Source: an uncultured delta proteobacterium
GTDB taxonomy: Bacteria > Desulfobacterota > WTBG01 > JAGOGO01
Reading direction: 5' to 3'
Length of the DNA stretch: 64,000 nt
NCBI GenBank assembly: GCA_963727835.1
Contig: CAVSIB010000055.1
Coordinates: 439-64,438, forward strand
Both the position numbers and the translations under genes were made by a program. The notes under the pieces are model-generated. The model did not search any database and had not been told where the DNA came from. It worked only from the letters and a program-made list of their open reading frames with translations. The stretch's first letter is position 1, and each line of letters begins with the position of its first letter. Below, piece by piece: positions 40,162 through 49,800 of the stretch.

Positions 40162-41130
40162 ATGGCTGGTAAAAAAGACTATTATGAAGTCTTAGGCGTT
40201 AAAAAAACCGCTACCGAAGAGGAAATGAAGAAGGCCTACCGGAAACTCGCCCTCCAATTCCATCCTGATCGGAATAAAAGTAAGGACGCTGAAGAAAAAT
40301 TCAAGATGATCAGCGAAGCTTATGCGGTCTTGAGTGATAAAAATAAACGCGCCCAGTATGACCAATTCGGTGCGGATGGGTTCCATCAACGCTACTCCCA
40401 GGAAGATATTTTCAGAGGGTTTGACCTCGGAGACCTCTTTAAAGACATCGAATTTGGAAGTGGTGATTTTTTCACCACTATTTTTGGTGGCGGCAATAAA
40501 CAATACCAAACCCGAACCAGAGGCGGCTACTCACAAAAACCAGGAGGGGGCAATTTTGAAACCATTTTTGGCGGCCAACAGGGGTTTCGTTCGCCTCAAT
40601 CTGGTCCAACGCCTAACAATGATATGGTTGTGCCTTTGCAACTCACTTTAAGAGAGGCTGCTTTTGGAAGTAAAAAGAAAGTTACCTACCAGATTCATGG
40701 TGCAGTTAAAGAATTAACGGTTAAAACTCCTCCCGGTATAGGCACCGGTAAAAAACTCCGTTTAGCCGGAAAGGGTTCACCGAATTCTTTTGGCGGTCCT
40801 CCGGGTGATCTCTATTTAAATATTAAGGTACTGGATGATCCGGTCTTTCAAAGAGATGGCGATGATCTCTCTGTGGAAAAGAAAATAAAGTTCACCGAAG
40901 CGGTTTTGGGAACTACGATTGAAGTTCCAACGTTAGACGGCAATAAAACCGTAAAGGTCCCCCCCGGAACCCAGGGCAACACCAAGATCCGGCTCAAAGG
41001 TTTTGGGATGCCAAACATGGAAAAGCGTGAAAAGGGAGACCTTTATGTAAAAATAGTGCTTGGAGCGCCAAAGAACCTTACCAAGAAACAACGCGACCTT
41101 ATCGAAAATCTGGCGGCGGAAGGATTGTAA
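40162..41130 (+). CDS. DnaJ-class (type II, CbpA-like) co-chaperone
   Basis: J-domain with HPD, G/F-rich region, C-terminal GDLY repeats; no CxxCxGxG zinc fingers. Confidence 0.92.
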   Translation: MAGKKDYYEVLGVKKTATEEEMKKAYRKLALQFHPDRNKSKDAEEKFKMISEAYAVLSDKNKRAQYDQFGADGFHQRYSQEDIFRGFDLGDLFKDIEFGSGDFFTTIFGGGNKQYQTRTRGGYSQKPGGGNFETIFGGQQGFRSPQSGPTPNNDMVVPLQLTLREAAFGSKKKVTYQIHGAVKELTVKTPPGIGTGKKLRLAGKGSPNSFGGPPGDLYLNIKVLDDPVFQRDGDDLSVEKKIKFTEAVLGTTIEVPTLDGNKTVKVPPGTQGNTKIRLKGFGMPNMEKREKGDLYVKIVLGAPKNLTKKQRDLIENLAAEGL

Positions 41131-41310
41131 ACTACATCTTTGATTTTCTTGATTCAACTCCTTGGCTCTCTAAGGGCTCCGTACCCCTAAATCTATTCCC
41201 TCACCTCGAAAACCCCGCGCTTAACCCCTGATCGCGATTGCCTTTCCTCTTCTTTTTTCTCCGCACTCATTATGGTGACCCAAGAATTCTTTTATAAGCA
41301 GTGTTTTTTA

Positions 41311-41319
41311 TGATATAAT
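41311..41319 (+). promoter_or_regulatory. Extended -10 element upstream of glnS
   Basis: TG-A-TATAAT about 90 bp upstream of the glnS start. Confidence 0.4.
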
Positions 41320-41407
41320 AAAAATTATTTTTAGGTATGATAAGATCTCTTATTTTCTGATAAGCACGGGTTAAAAAATAAACCAATAAACAAAAAAGAA
41401 AAAACCA

Positions 41408-43120
41408 ATGAAAACTCCCCCCACGACCAAGACTGATTCCGGTTCTTCATCTAATTTTATCAAAAATATAATTGACGAAGATTTAAAAAACAACAAAAAC
41501 GAAGGACGGGTTCATACCCGTTTTCCTCCGGAACCGAATGGCTATCTGCATATTGGCCACGCGAAATCCATCTGCCTTAACTTCGGCATTGCCGCTGAAT
41601 ACCAAGGGCTTTGCAATCTGCGGTTTGACGATACCAATCCAAGTAAAGAGGAAGAAGAATACGTAAATTCGATTATGGAGGACGTGCGCTGGCTTGGGTT
41701 TGACTGGGGTGACCGGCTTTACTATGCTTCTGGGTACTTTGAGCAGCTTTACCAATGGGCAGTTCAGTTAATCAAAGAAGGCAAGGCTTACGTTGACAGC
41801 TTAAGCGCAGAGGAAATCAGAGATCATCGGGGAACACTGACCCAGCCCGGCAAGGCAAGCCCCTTTCGAAATCGTTCTTGTGAAGAAAATTTAAACCTGT
41901 TTGAGGGGATGCGGGCAGGCGAATTCGACGATGGCACCCATGTGCTGCGGGCAAAAATTGATATGACCTCTCCCAATGTCAATATGCGCGACCCGGTCAT
42001 GTACCGCATTCTTCATGCACCGCATCACCGGACAGGAGATAAATGGTGCATTTATCCTATGTATGATTTTACCCACGGACAATCAGATTCTCTCGAAGGC
42101 ATAACCCATTCTATTTGCACCCTCGAATTTGAAGATCATCGGCCTTTGTATGACTGGTATATCGAAGCGCTAAAAATCCATCACCCCCGACAGATTGAGT
42201 TTGCCCGCCTTAATCTTACTTACACGGTGATGAGCAAACGCAAACTTCTGCAATTAGTTCAGGAAAAATACGTTTCGGGATGGGATGATCCACGGATGCC
42301 CACCATAGCGGGTCTGCGCCGGCGGGGCTACACTCCGGAAGCGATCAAAGCCTTTTGTGAGCGCATTGGGGTTGCCAAGAGCAATAGCATTGTAGACATT
42401 GCTCTTTTAGAATACTGCCTCCGGGATGATCTGAATCTGCGTTCCCCGCGGGTGATGGCGGTATTGAGACCTCTCCGGGTGATCATCACGAACTATCCCG
42501 AGGGCCAAGTGGAACAAATGGAGGCGATCAATAACCCTGAAGACCTGAGTAGGGGATCGCGTAGAGTTCCTTTTTCCCGAGTTCTCTATATTGAGCAGGA
42601 TGATTTTCGTGAGGATCCCCCCAAAAAATTTTTTCGTTTGTCTCCGGGACAGGAGGTTCGCCTGCGGTACGCATACATTATCAAGTGTGAGAACGTGATC
42701 AAAGATGATAAGACGGGTGAAATAATCGAGATCCACTGCACCTATGATCCGGAGACGAAAAGCGGCTCGCCACAATCCAACCGAATGGTCAAGGGAACCA
42801 TCCATTGGGTATCTGCTGTTCATGCGAAAGAAGCGGAAGTGCGTCTCTATGACCGGCTCTTTGTAAAACCAAATCCGGATGATACGAAAGATGGTTCTGA
42901 CTTTAGAGATTATTTAAACCCCAACTCTTTAGAAACCCTGTCGTCATGCCGAGTTGAACCAAGTCTCGCTGGTGCCGTTCCCAGGAGCCGATACCAGTTT
43001 GAACGACTCGGTTATTTTTGTGTTGATTCCGTGGATTCAACCCCGGGGAAATTGGTCTTTAACCGCACGGTTCCATTGCGGGATACCTGGGCCAAAATCG
43101 AGAAAGCCCAAGGAAAATAA
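41408..43120 (+). CDS. glnS: Glutaminyl-tRNA synthetase
   Basis: [32 protein letters not shown] and VMSKRKL motifs. Confidence 0.96.
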   Translation: MKTPPTTKTDSGSSSNFIKNIIDEDLKNNKNEGRVHTRFPPEPNGYLHIGHAKSICLNFGIAAEYQGLCNLRFDDTNPSKEEEEYVNSIMEDVRWLGFDWGDRLYYASGYFEQLYQWAVQLIKEGKAYVDSLSAEEIRDHRGTLTQPGKASPFRNRSCEENLNLFEGMRAGEFDDGTHVLRAKIDMTSPNVNMRDPVMYRILHAPHHRTGDKWCIYPMYDFTHGQSDSLEGITHSICTLEFEDHRPLYDWYIEALKIHHPRQIEFARLNLTYTVMSKRKLLQLVQEKYVSGWDDPRMPTIAGLRRRGYTPEAIKAFCERIGVAKSNSIVDIALLEYCLRDDLNLRSPRVMAVLRPLRVIITNYPEGQVEQMEAINNPEDLSRGSRRVPFSRVLYIEQDDFREDPPKKFFRLSPGQEVRLRYAYIIKCENVIKDDKTGEIIEIHCTYDPETKSGSPQSNRMVKGTIHWVSAVHAKEAEVRLYDRLFVKPNPDDTKDGSDFRDYLNPNSLETLSSCRVEPSLAGAVPRSRYQFERLGYFCVDSVDSTPGKLVFNRTVPLRDTWAKIEKAQGK

Positions 43121-43177
43121 AAAATGTTTTTAAAGACTCAATACATATATCTAACAAGTTGAAAATTTTGCGAAGCC

Positions 43178-43273
43178 GCCACTCCCGCAAAGCTTGTCCT
43201 CGACCTGAGCGGAAGGGGGGATCATAAGGCACTAAAAGCATGAGATTCCTCCGAATCACGTTCGGGGAATGAC
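43178..43273. repeat. Degenerate REP-like palindromic element between glnS and gltX
   Basis: Ends GCCACTCCCGC... and ...GGGGAATGAC form an imperfect inverted pair resembling GTCATTCCCGC/GCGGGAATGAC repeats, with an internal CTTGTCCTCGAC.TGA.CGG sub-motif. Confidence 0.5.
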
Positions 43274-43329
43274 TTAATCAGACTTAGGGTAACTTTTTCA
43301 ACCGCCTGATAAACACACTTAAGGTAACA

Positions 43330-44805
43330 ATGAATTCAAAAAAAGTACGAACTCGCTTTGCTCCCAGCCCGACTGGTTTTATGCACGTGGGGAATCTGAG
43401 AACCGCTCTGTTTTCTTATTTGCTGGCAAAAAAGGGGGGGGGTGTTTTCATTCTGAGGATCGAAGATACCGACCAGACCCGCTACGTAAAAGGAGCGGTT
43501 GAGATGATCTGCCATATCCTCAAGGAAACCGGCCTGCAGTATGACGAAGGTCCGGATGTCGGAGGAGATTACGGTCCTTATGTTCAAAGCCAGCGACAGG
43601 AGATATACTGGGAATATGCTCACAAGCTGATCACAACCGGTGATGCCTACTATTGTTTTTGCGATAAAGAACGGCTCGATAAATTACGGGAAGAATGCCG
43701 AATAGCCAAAATTGATCCTAAATATGACGGGCATTGCCGGAACTTACTTCCCGAGGAAATTCAAAAAAAGTTGGAAACCAAAAAGCCTTTTGTCATCCGG
43801 CAAAAAATGCCCGTTTCCGGGGATACGATATTCGATGATAGGGTCTTTGGAACCATAAAAGTTGACTTTGCGCAGCTCGACGATCAGGTGCTCATGAAGG
43901 CCGACGGACTTCCCACCTATAATTTCGCCAATGTCATTGATGACCATTTGATGGAGATTACTCATATCGTACGCGGAAGTGAGTTTCTCATTTCAACCCC
44001 AAAGTACAACCAGTTATATAAAGCGTTTGGCTGGGAGATACCAACGCTCGTACATGTTCCGCCGGTTATGAAGGCTGCAGGTCAAAAGATGAGTAAACGG
44101 TTAGGCGATGCTTCGTATGACGATTTTATTAAGAAGGGCTATTTAAAAGACGCCATCATTAACTATATTGCCTTGCTGGGATGGAGCCCGGGGGATAACC
44201 GGGAGATATTTACTTTGCCAGAGCTGGCAGATGCTTTTGACATAAACAATATAAACAAAGCCCCGGCTATTTTTGACGAGGTTAAGCTGAGCTGGCTGAG
44301 TGGTGAGTATATCAGAAAGCTTTCCTTGGAAAAATTTCACCAGATAGCCTTGCCCTACATCAAGCAGACAGTAAGCCGTACGCCGTCAGATTTCCGTAAG
44401 ATAAGCCAGTTACTCCAGCCCCGGGTGGAAAAATTAATTGATATTCCCGTCCAGATAGATTTTATCGCTTCTGTTCCCGACTATAGCCTTGACTTCTATG
44501 GTCACCAGAAAATGAAAAGCACTCCGGCGAGCGCGCTCCAATTTCTGAAATCTGCGTTACCGGTTTTAAACACCATTGACAACTGGACCGAAGAACACAT
44601 CCATGCCGCTATTTTTGAACTAATCAATCAATCACAAATTAAGACTGGCCAACTGCTCTGGCCGTTAAGGATTGCCCTTTCCGGAAAAAAATCCACACCG
44701 GGAGGCTTTATCGAGATCGCTTACCTTCTGGGCAAGGAGGAGACCATCAAACGCGTTGAGAATGCGATAAGGAGGTTAGAGACAGAAAAGGTGTCCGGGG
44801 CATAA
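43330..44805 (+). CDS. gltX: Glutamyl-tRNA synthetase
   Basis: RFAPSPTG..HVGN, RIEDTD and KMSKR motifs. Confidence 0.96.
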   Translation: MNSKKVRTRFAPSPTGFMHVGNLRTALFSYLLAKKGGGVFILRIEDTDQTRYVKGAVEMICHILKETGLQYDEGPDVGGDYGPYVQSQRQEIYWEYAHKLITTGDAYYCFCDKERLDKLREECRIAKIDPKYDGHCRNLLPEEIQKKLETKKPFVIRQKMPVSGDTIFDDRVFGTIKVDFAQLDDQVLMKADGLPTYNFANVIDDHLMEITHIVRGSEFLISTPKYNQLYKAFGWEIPTLVHVPPVMKAAGQKMSKRLGDASYDDFIKKGYLKDAIINYIALLGWSPGDNREIFTLPELADAFDINNINKAPAIFDEVKLSWLSGEYIRKLSLEKFHQIALPYIKQTVSRTPSDFRKISQLLQPRVEKLIDIPVQIDFIASVPDYSLDFYGHQKMKSTPASALQFLKSALPVLNTIDNWTEEHIHAAIFELINQSQIKTGQLLWPLRIALSGKKSTPGGFIEIAYLLGKEETIKRVENAIRRLETEKVSGA

Positions 44806-44817
44806 CAAAGAAAAGTT

Positions 44818-46140
44818 TTACTGAGAACCTGCCAACATCATTGCTTTTATCTTATTTACCAGCTCTTGTCGAGAAATCGTTATTTGGGTTTTTTGCTCCA
44901 TGTCCTTTACGACCACTTCTCCCCGTCCCTTTTCATCCGGCCCGATAATGAGAACCAGAGGAATCTTTTTTTTGTTGGCATAGTCAAGCTGTTTTTTTAA
45001 TTTATCGTCATTTAGGTAGACTTCAGTGCATATCCCGGCGGAGCGAAGCTCGGAAGCAACCGTGAGCGACTCGCCGAATAAACAGCGGGCAAACATGGTA
45101 ACAAGCACTTGGGATACGGTTGGAGTCATCGGAACCATGGCAAGCTCTTCCATCACCGTAATGATCCGTTCCAACCCTAAGGACGTGCCGGTAGCAGGCA
45201 CATCCTTGCCGCTGAACATCCCGATCAGCGAATCAAATCTTCCTCCACCGCTGATACTTCCGATCCGGGGCTTTTCAATGATGGTCTCAAAGATCGGGCC
45301 GGTGTAGTAATCTAACCCGCGGGCTAAGGACCCGTCAAACAAAACATTGTGCTGTTCAACTCCGAGGTTGACTAAGCATCGTTGGATTTCTTCGAGTTCA
45401 GCGATGCCTTCCTGAGCGCTTGGTATTCCGGCAAGCGTGGTTTTAAGTCTGCTGAGTGCGGTGGCTCCTTGAGTATCGTCGACCATCAGGGCGATTGTTT
45501 TGTCAATCGTTTCTTCGGAAAAATTTTTACTCGCCAGCTCCTTCTTTACGTCATCCCAGCCTGCTTTCTCCGCTTTGTCAATGATCCGAAAGAAACCCGA
45601 CATCTCTTTATCCGTAACTCCCCCATAGAGAGCCATGCCATTGAGAAGCTTTCGGTTATTGATCCGGATGGTAAACTCTTTAAACCCTAGGTTTTTAAGA
45701 GCACAGTAGGTCACCGCGAGCACCTCGGCGTCTGCACATAGTTCCCTGCTTCCCACGATATCCGCGTCGCATTGCCAGAACTCCCGAAACCGGCCTTTCT
45801 GAGGCTTATCCGCCCGCCAGACCGGGGCAATCTGATACCGACGAAACGGTTTTTCCACCTGATACATAGCCATTGTCCGCGCCAAGGGAACGGTAAGATC
45901 ATAGCGAAGAGCAACTTTTCTGCCCCCCCGGTCTTCAAACTTATAAATCAGGCGGTCGCCTTCTTCTCCGTATTTGCCTTCAAGAGTTTCCGCGTACTCC
46001 ATGGCCGGCGTTTCCATCGGCTCAAACCCGAACCGCTCAAAAGTCCCCGCAATAATCTCAATGACCTTTTTTCGAAGAATAAATTGAGCAGGAAGAAAAT
46101 CTCTCGTACCTTTTAAAATTTGCAGTGTAATTTTACCCAT
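44818..46140 (-). CDS. hisS: Histidyl-tRNA synthetase
   Basis: KGTRDF, LRYDLTVP, WRADKPQKGRFREFWQCD and RGLDYYTG motifs. Confidence 0.96.
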   Translation of the reverse strand: MGKITLQILKGTRDFLPAQFILRKKVIEIIAGTFERFGFEPMETPAMEYAETLEGKYGEEGDRLIYKFEDRGGRKVALRYDLTVPLARTMAMYQVEKPFRRYQIAPVWRADKPQKGRFREFWQCDADIVGSRELCADAEVLAVTYCALKNLGFKEFTIRINNRKLLNGMALYGGVTDKEMSGFFRIIDKAEKAGWDDVKKELASKNFSEETIDKTIALMVDDTQGATALSRLKTTLAGIPSAQEGIAELEEIQRCLVNLGVEQHNVLFDGSLARGLDYYTGPIFETIIEKPRIGSISGGGRFDSLIGMFSGKDVPATGTSLGLERIITVMEELAMVPMTPTVSQVLVTMFARCLFGESLTVASELRSAGICTEVYLNDDKLKKQLDYANKKKIPLVLIIGPDEKGRGEVVVKDMEQKTQITISRQELVNKIKAMMLAGSQ

Positions 46141-46283
46141 AATATGCCTTATTGTTTCTGCATTTTTTTATCATATCCATTCCCAGCCGTCAAGACAAGA
46201 ACCATTCCAAAAAAAGCGTTTTCCTTATGAATGTTCATACGGAAAGCGCTTCAAAAAATTTTTATCCTTATATCAAACTAAGA

Positions 46284-46745
46284 TTAGAAAGAGAAATTCA
46301 AACTCACACGGCTACCCTGATAAAGCACAGGCTGGGTACCTATATTGCCGGTGTAACTTACAACATTACCAACATTATTTACATATAAAAGCTCATTTCC
46401 GAGAGTCAGTGCGATATTTTTTTGGTGAAGGCATAATTAAGATTGAGGCCCAGCTCGCTAAAAAACGAAGTCTTGTTCATATTACAACTCATGGAGTCAT
46501 TATAACCGCCATTACTCCAAGGGAGATTCCACGCTTACTCCTCTGATCCCTCGTTATCCATCTTGTTTCCGAAGACACCTGCTTTGACTGTACCGTCAAG
46601 GCTGAAACCCTGGTCGCGTTTACCAAACAACAGGCCCTCCACTCCTAGCTGACATACCCTTTATAGTAAAATCATGGGGGCGCAGGAAAAACAATCTTTC
46701 TAAAATAAAAATATAATCCTATTGTTTGCCGTCCCATGTAATTTC
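46284..46745 (-). pseudogene. Decayed outer-membrane beta-barrel gene (BBP7-like C-terminal part)
   Basis: Not in the ORF track. Manual translation of 46651 down to 46284: QLGVEGLLFG..GFSLDGTVKAGVFGN...*...KTSFFSELGLNLNYAFT/KNIALTLGNELLYVNNV...GSRVSLNFSF*. One TAA (46535-46537) and one frameshift (T7 at 46417-46423). Alternating amphipathic strands and a terminal Phe. Confidence 0.55.
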
Positions 46746-46863
46746 ATCTCCTTTCTTTATTTCATGAATAATCCTCACTTTCAATTGGTTAACTAGCAAT
46801 TTTAATGTAAAACATTAAATTATATGCATGAAAATGTCAAGTTTTTTTGTTATATTTTTTATA

Positions 46864-47601
46864 GGGTCATGACTAGAACAGAGAATGTTTTTTGAGAATT
46901 TTTAGCATCAAACGATATAGATTTTGTCCTCTGTGATTAAATCTAAACCCGCAGTCTTTTAAATGCAAATGGAAGGTCATTTTACTCAACCCTCGAAATT
47001 TGGAAAGCCTGGTCTTGGAATAGCCCCAGAAGCTTTCGATTCCATTGATATGACTTTTTACCCTGAACAAATTCGTTTTGCCCGTGGTTGACTCTGAAGT
47101 GTTTTTTATAACCAAGGTCAACGAGGCCATTGTACCCTCGCCAGCCATCAGAATGAATGATGCTTGCGAGATCTACACGACCTCGAATAACCGCTTGCAA
47201 CGTGGCTCTCCGGCAATCAGAAATAATTTCGGTGAAGACTTTCCCGTTGCGTTTAAAGATACCAAAAACAATTGTTTTGCCGAAAGCCCCACGCCCACGT
47301 TTTCCCTTAATGCGTCTGGCGCCAAAGTAGCTTTCATCAATTTCAACCTCTCCAGAAAAAGGAGATTTCCTCTCACAATATTCGGCAATTCACCTCCGAA
47401 TTGCAGTGAGGTATCGGTTAATAGTATTTCGATTCAGGTTGGAGATTTTTGTAATCTGAGAGGCATCCAAATCCACTAAAAACATCTTCACAATTTGGCG
47501 GATTTTCCTCTCAGAAATTTTGGAACGATTTGCATACTTGTTTTTTGTTGTCATAACTGGATATTAGCACATGTTTTATTGTGCTGTTCTAGTCATGACC
47601 C
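46864..47601 (-). mobile_element. IS1595-family insertion sequence (738 bp); transposase 46873-47554 inactivated
   Basis: 18-bp perfect terminal inverted repeats GGGTCATGACTAGAACAG; 8-bp target duplication TTTTTATA (46856-46863 and 47602-47609); VEIDESYFG, HSDG and HINGIESFW motifs; one internal TGA and one frameshift. Confidence 0.95.
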
Positions 47602-47885
47602 TTTTTATAATACTGGAAGTACCAAGGAATTAAAAAATTGATTTATTAATGAGTTAACTGCTACAAATTCATTTGGATTCCAATGGTTCGCAATCTTTGT
47701 AATTAAAGAACGTGCTGCTCGTAAAATTGACTCAACCAATTCAGATTGACTTAACCGGATATTGCATAACTCCTAACATGTTTTGAGATAATGGGACTCT
47801 GGTTAGAAATAATTTTTTGACCGGCTGATGAGAGAAGCAGAATATATGAAAAAATTGATGAGTCCCATTAAATAAATAAAATATC

Positions 47886-47914
47886 TTGCTTTAGAGGATA
47901 ATTTCTGTTTTAAT
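47886..47914 (+). promoter_or_regulatory. Putative sigma70 promoter of aspS
   Basis: TTGCTT-N17-TTTAAT about 80 bp upstream of the ATG. Confidence 0.45.
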
Positions 47915-47995
47915 TTTTTTCCCGGATCAATCCTCGACATCTAAACAACTACTATGAAAAGCTTATAAATTTTAAAGACTTTATTAGATTTTACC

Positions 47996-49789
47996 ATGGA
48001 TTTTTTAGGAACTCTTAAAAGAACTCATTATTGCGGTGAGATCAAGGTTTCGGACTTTGATCAGGACGTTGTGGTTATGGGCTGGGTGAACCGAAGGCGG
48101 GATCACGGCGGTCTGATTTTTATTGACCTTCGTGACCTTAAAGGGGTCGTACAAGTGGTCATCAACCAGGAAACGAACCCTGAACCCTTTTCCAAAGCCG
48201 AAAAAATCAGAAATGAATTTGTGGTGGCTGTTCGGGGTGTAGTGAGTAAGCGACCAGAAGGAACCATTAACCCGGAACTCGCAACCGGACAAGTTGAAAT
48301 TTTAGCTCACGAGCTTCGGGTCTTGAATACCTCGGAAACACCTCCGTTTGATCTGACTGCTTCTTTTATGGAAATAGGCGAAAATGTCCGTTTGCGCTAC
48401 CGTTACCTGGACCTGAGACGCCCAAACCTCCAGCAAAATCTTATGCTCCGTAATCAGGTGGCCAAGGTTATCCGGGATTATCTTCATGCTCTCGGGTTTA
48501 ATGAAATCGAAACCCCTTTTTTAACCAAAAGTACCCCTGAAGGAGCGCGGGACTATATTGTTCCGAGTCGTGTAAACCAAGGGTGGTTCTACGCATTACC
48601 CCAATCACCCCAGTTGTTTAAACAACTCTTGATGATATCAGGTTATGACCGCTATTATCAGATTGTCAGGTGCTTTCGGGATGAAGATTTGCGGGCTGAC
48701 CGGCAGCCAGAGTTTACCCAAATTGATCTGGAGATGTCCTTTATCCATGAAGAAGATGTTTTTCACATTATCGAAGGGATGATTGCCCGGGTATTTTCGG
48801 AGATTTTAGGAATAACGCTCACCCTTCCCTTCCCCCGTCTAACTTATGAAGAGGCAATAGGAAAATACGGAGTTGATAAACCCGATATCCGTTTTGGCAT
48901 GACGTGTCGTGATGTTACCGAAATAGTAAAAGATTCTCATTTTCAGGTCTTCTCCAAGATGATTGCCAGTGGAGGCAAGGTAAGTGGTTTCAACGCGTCC
49001 CAGTGCGGAAATTTTTCGCGTAAACAACTTGATGATCTGGCCGAGGTCGTCAAGGTTTACGGAGCACAAGGGCTTGCGTGGGTAAAAATTACTCACGAAG
49101 GCTGGGATTCACCGATCGCAAAGTTTTTCACTGACAACGAGCGGGCAAAAATCATGGAAGTCTTCAAAACCCAGCCTGGAGATCTCCTCTGTTTTGTAGC
49201 GGATAATCAGAAAATTATTGGACCAGCATTGGGACATCTCCGTTTGCATTTAGGAGAGCAGCTTAATCTGATTGATAAATCCAAATATGCTTTTCTTTGG
49301 ATTACCTCATTTCCTCTCTTAGAATATAATGAGGAAGAAAAGCGGTTTGAGGCTCTTCACCACCCCTTCACCTCACCCGTGGAGGAGGATATTGACAAAA
49401 TAAAAACTAACCCGAGCTCAGTTCGTGCCCGTGCCTACGACCTCGTGTTGAACGGAATTGAAATTGGCGGCGGAAGCATCCGAATCCACCGCCGAGATGT
49501 CCAAGCCCAGATGTTTGACGCATTGGGGATCAGTCCGGAAGATGCAGAAAAAAAATTCGGATTTCTTCTGGAAGCCCTTACCTATGGCGCACCACCGCAT
49601 GGGGGTATCGCTTTAGGACTTGATCGTCTGGTTATGCTGTTAGTCGGAGCAGAGTCAATTCGGGATGTGATTGCTTTTCCCAAGACTCAGAAGGCAACCT
49701 GTCTTGTAACCGGTGCGCCTTCGGAGGTAAACAAAGCCCAACTCCAGGAGTTGGGACTTAAATTAGAGATCAAGAAAAAAACTATTTGA
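47996..49789 (+). CDS. aspS: Aspartyl-tRNA synthetase (probably non-discriminating Asp/Asn type)
   Basis: [40 protein letters not shown] and PPHGG.ALGLDR motifs; GAD insert. Confidence 0.96.
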   Translation: MDFLGTLKRTHYCGEIKVSDFDQDVVVMGWVNRRRDHGGLIFIDLRDLKGVVQVVINQETNPEPFSKAEKIRNEFVVAVRGVVSKRPEGTINPELATGQVEILAHELRVLNTSETPPFDLTASFMEIGENVRLRYRYLDLRRPNLQQNLMLRNQVAKVIRDYLHALGFNEIETPFLTKSTPEGARDYIVPSRVNQGWFYALPQSPQLFKQLLMISGYDRYYQIVRCFRDEDLRADRQPEFTQIDLEMSFIHEEDVFHIIEGMIARVFSEILGITLTLPFPRLTYEEAIGKYGVDKPDIRFGMTCRDVTEIVKDSHFQVFSKMIASGGKVSGFNASQCGNFSRKQLDDLAEVVKVYGAQGLAWVKITHEGWDSPIAKFFTDNERAKIMEVFKTQPGDLLCFVADNQKIIGPALGHLRLHLGEQLNLIDKSKYAFLWITSFPLLEYNEEEKRFEALHHPFTSPVEEDIDKIKTNPSSVRARAYDLVLNGIEIGGGSIRIHRRDVQAQMFDALGISPEDAEKKFGFLLEALTYGAPPHGGIALGLDRLVMLLVGAESIRDVIAFPKTQKATCLVTGAPSEVNKAQLQELGLKLEIKKKTI

Positions 49790-49800
49790 GGAGAGACACC

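Noticed and set aside
41135-41290. Pyrimidine-rich spacer after the J-protein with a possible short minus-strand ORF
   Set aside because: At most about 25 codons, with no RBS or family signal; not supportable.
46152-46388. 78-aa plus-strand ORF after hisS
   Set aside because: No motifs; it overlaps the better-supported minus-strand beta-barrel remnant.
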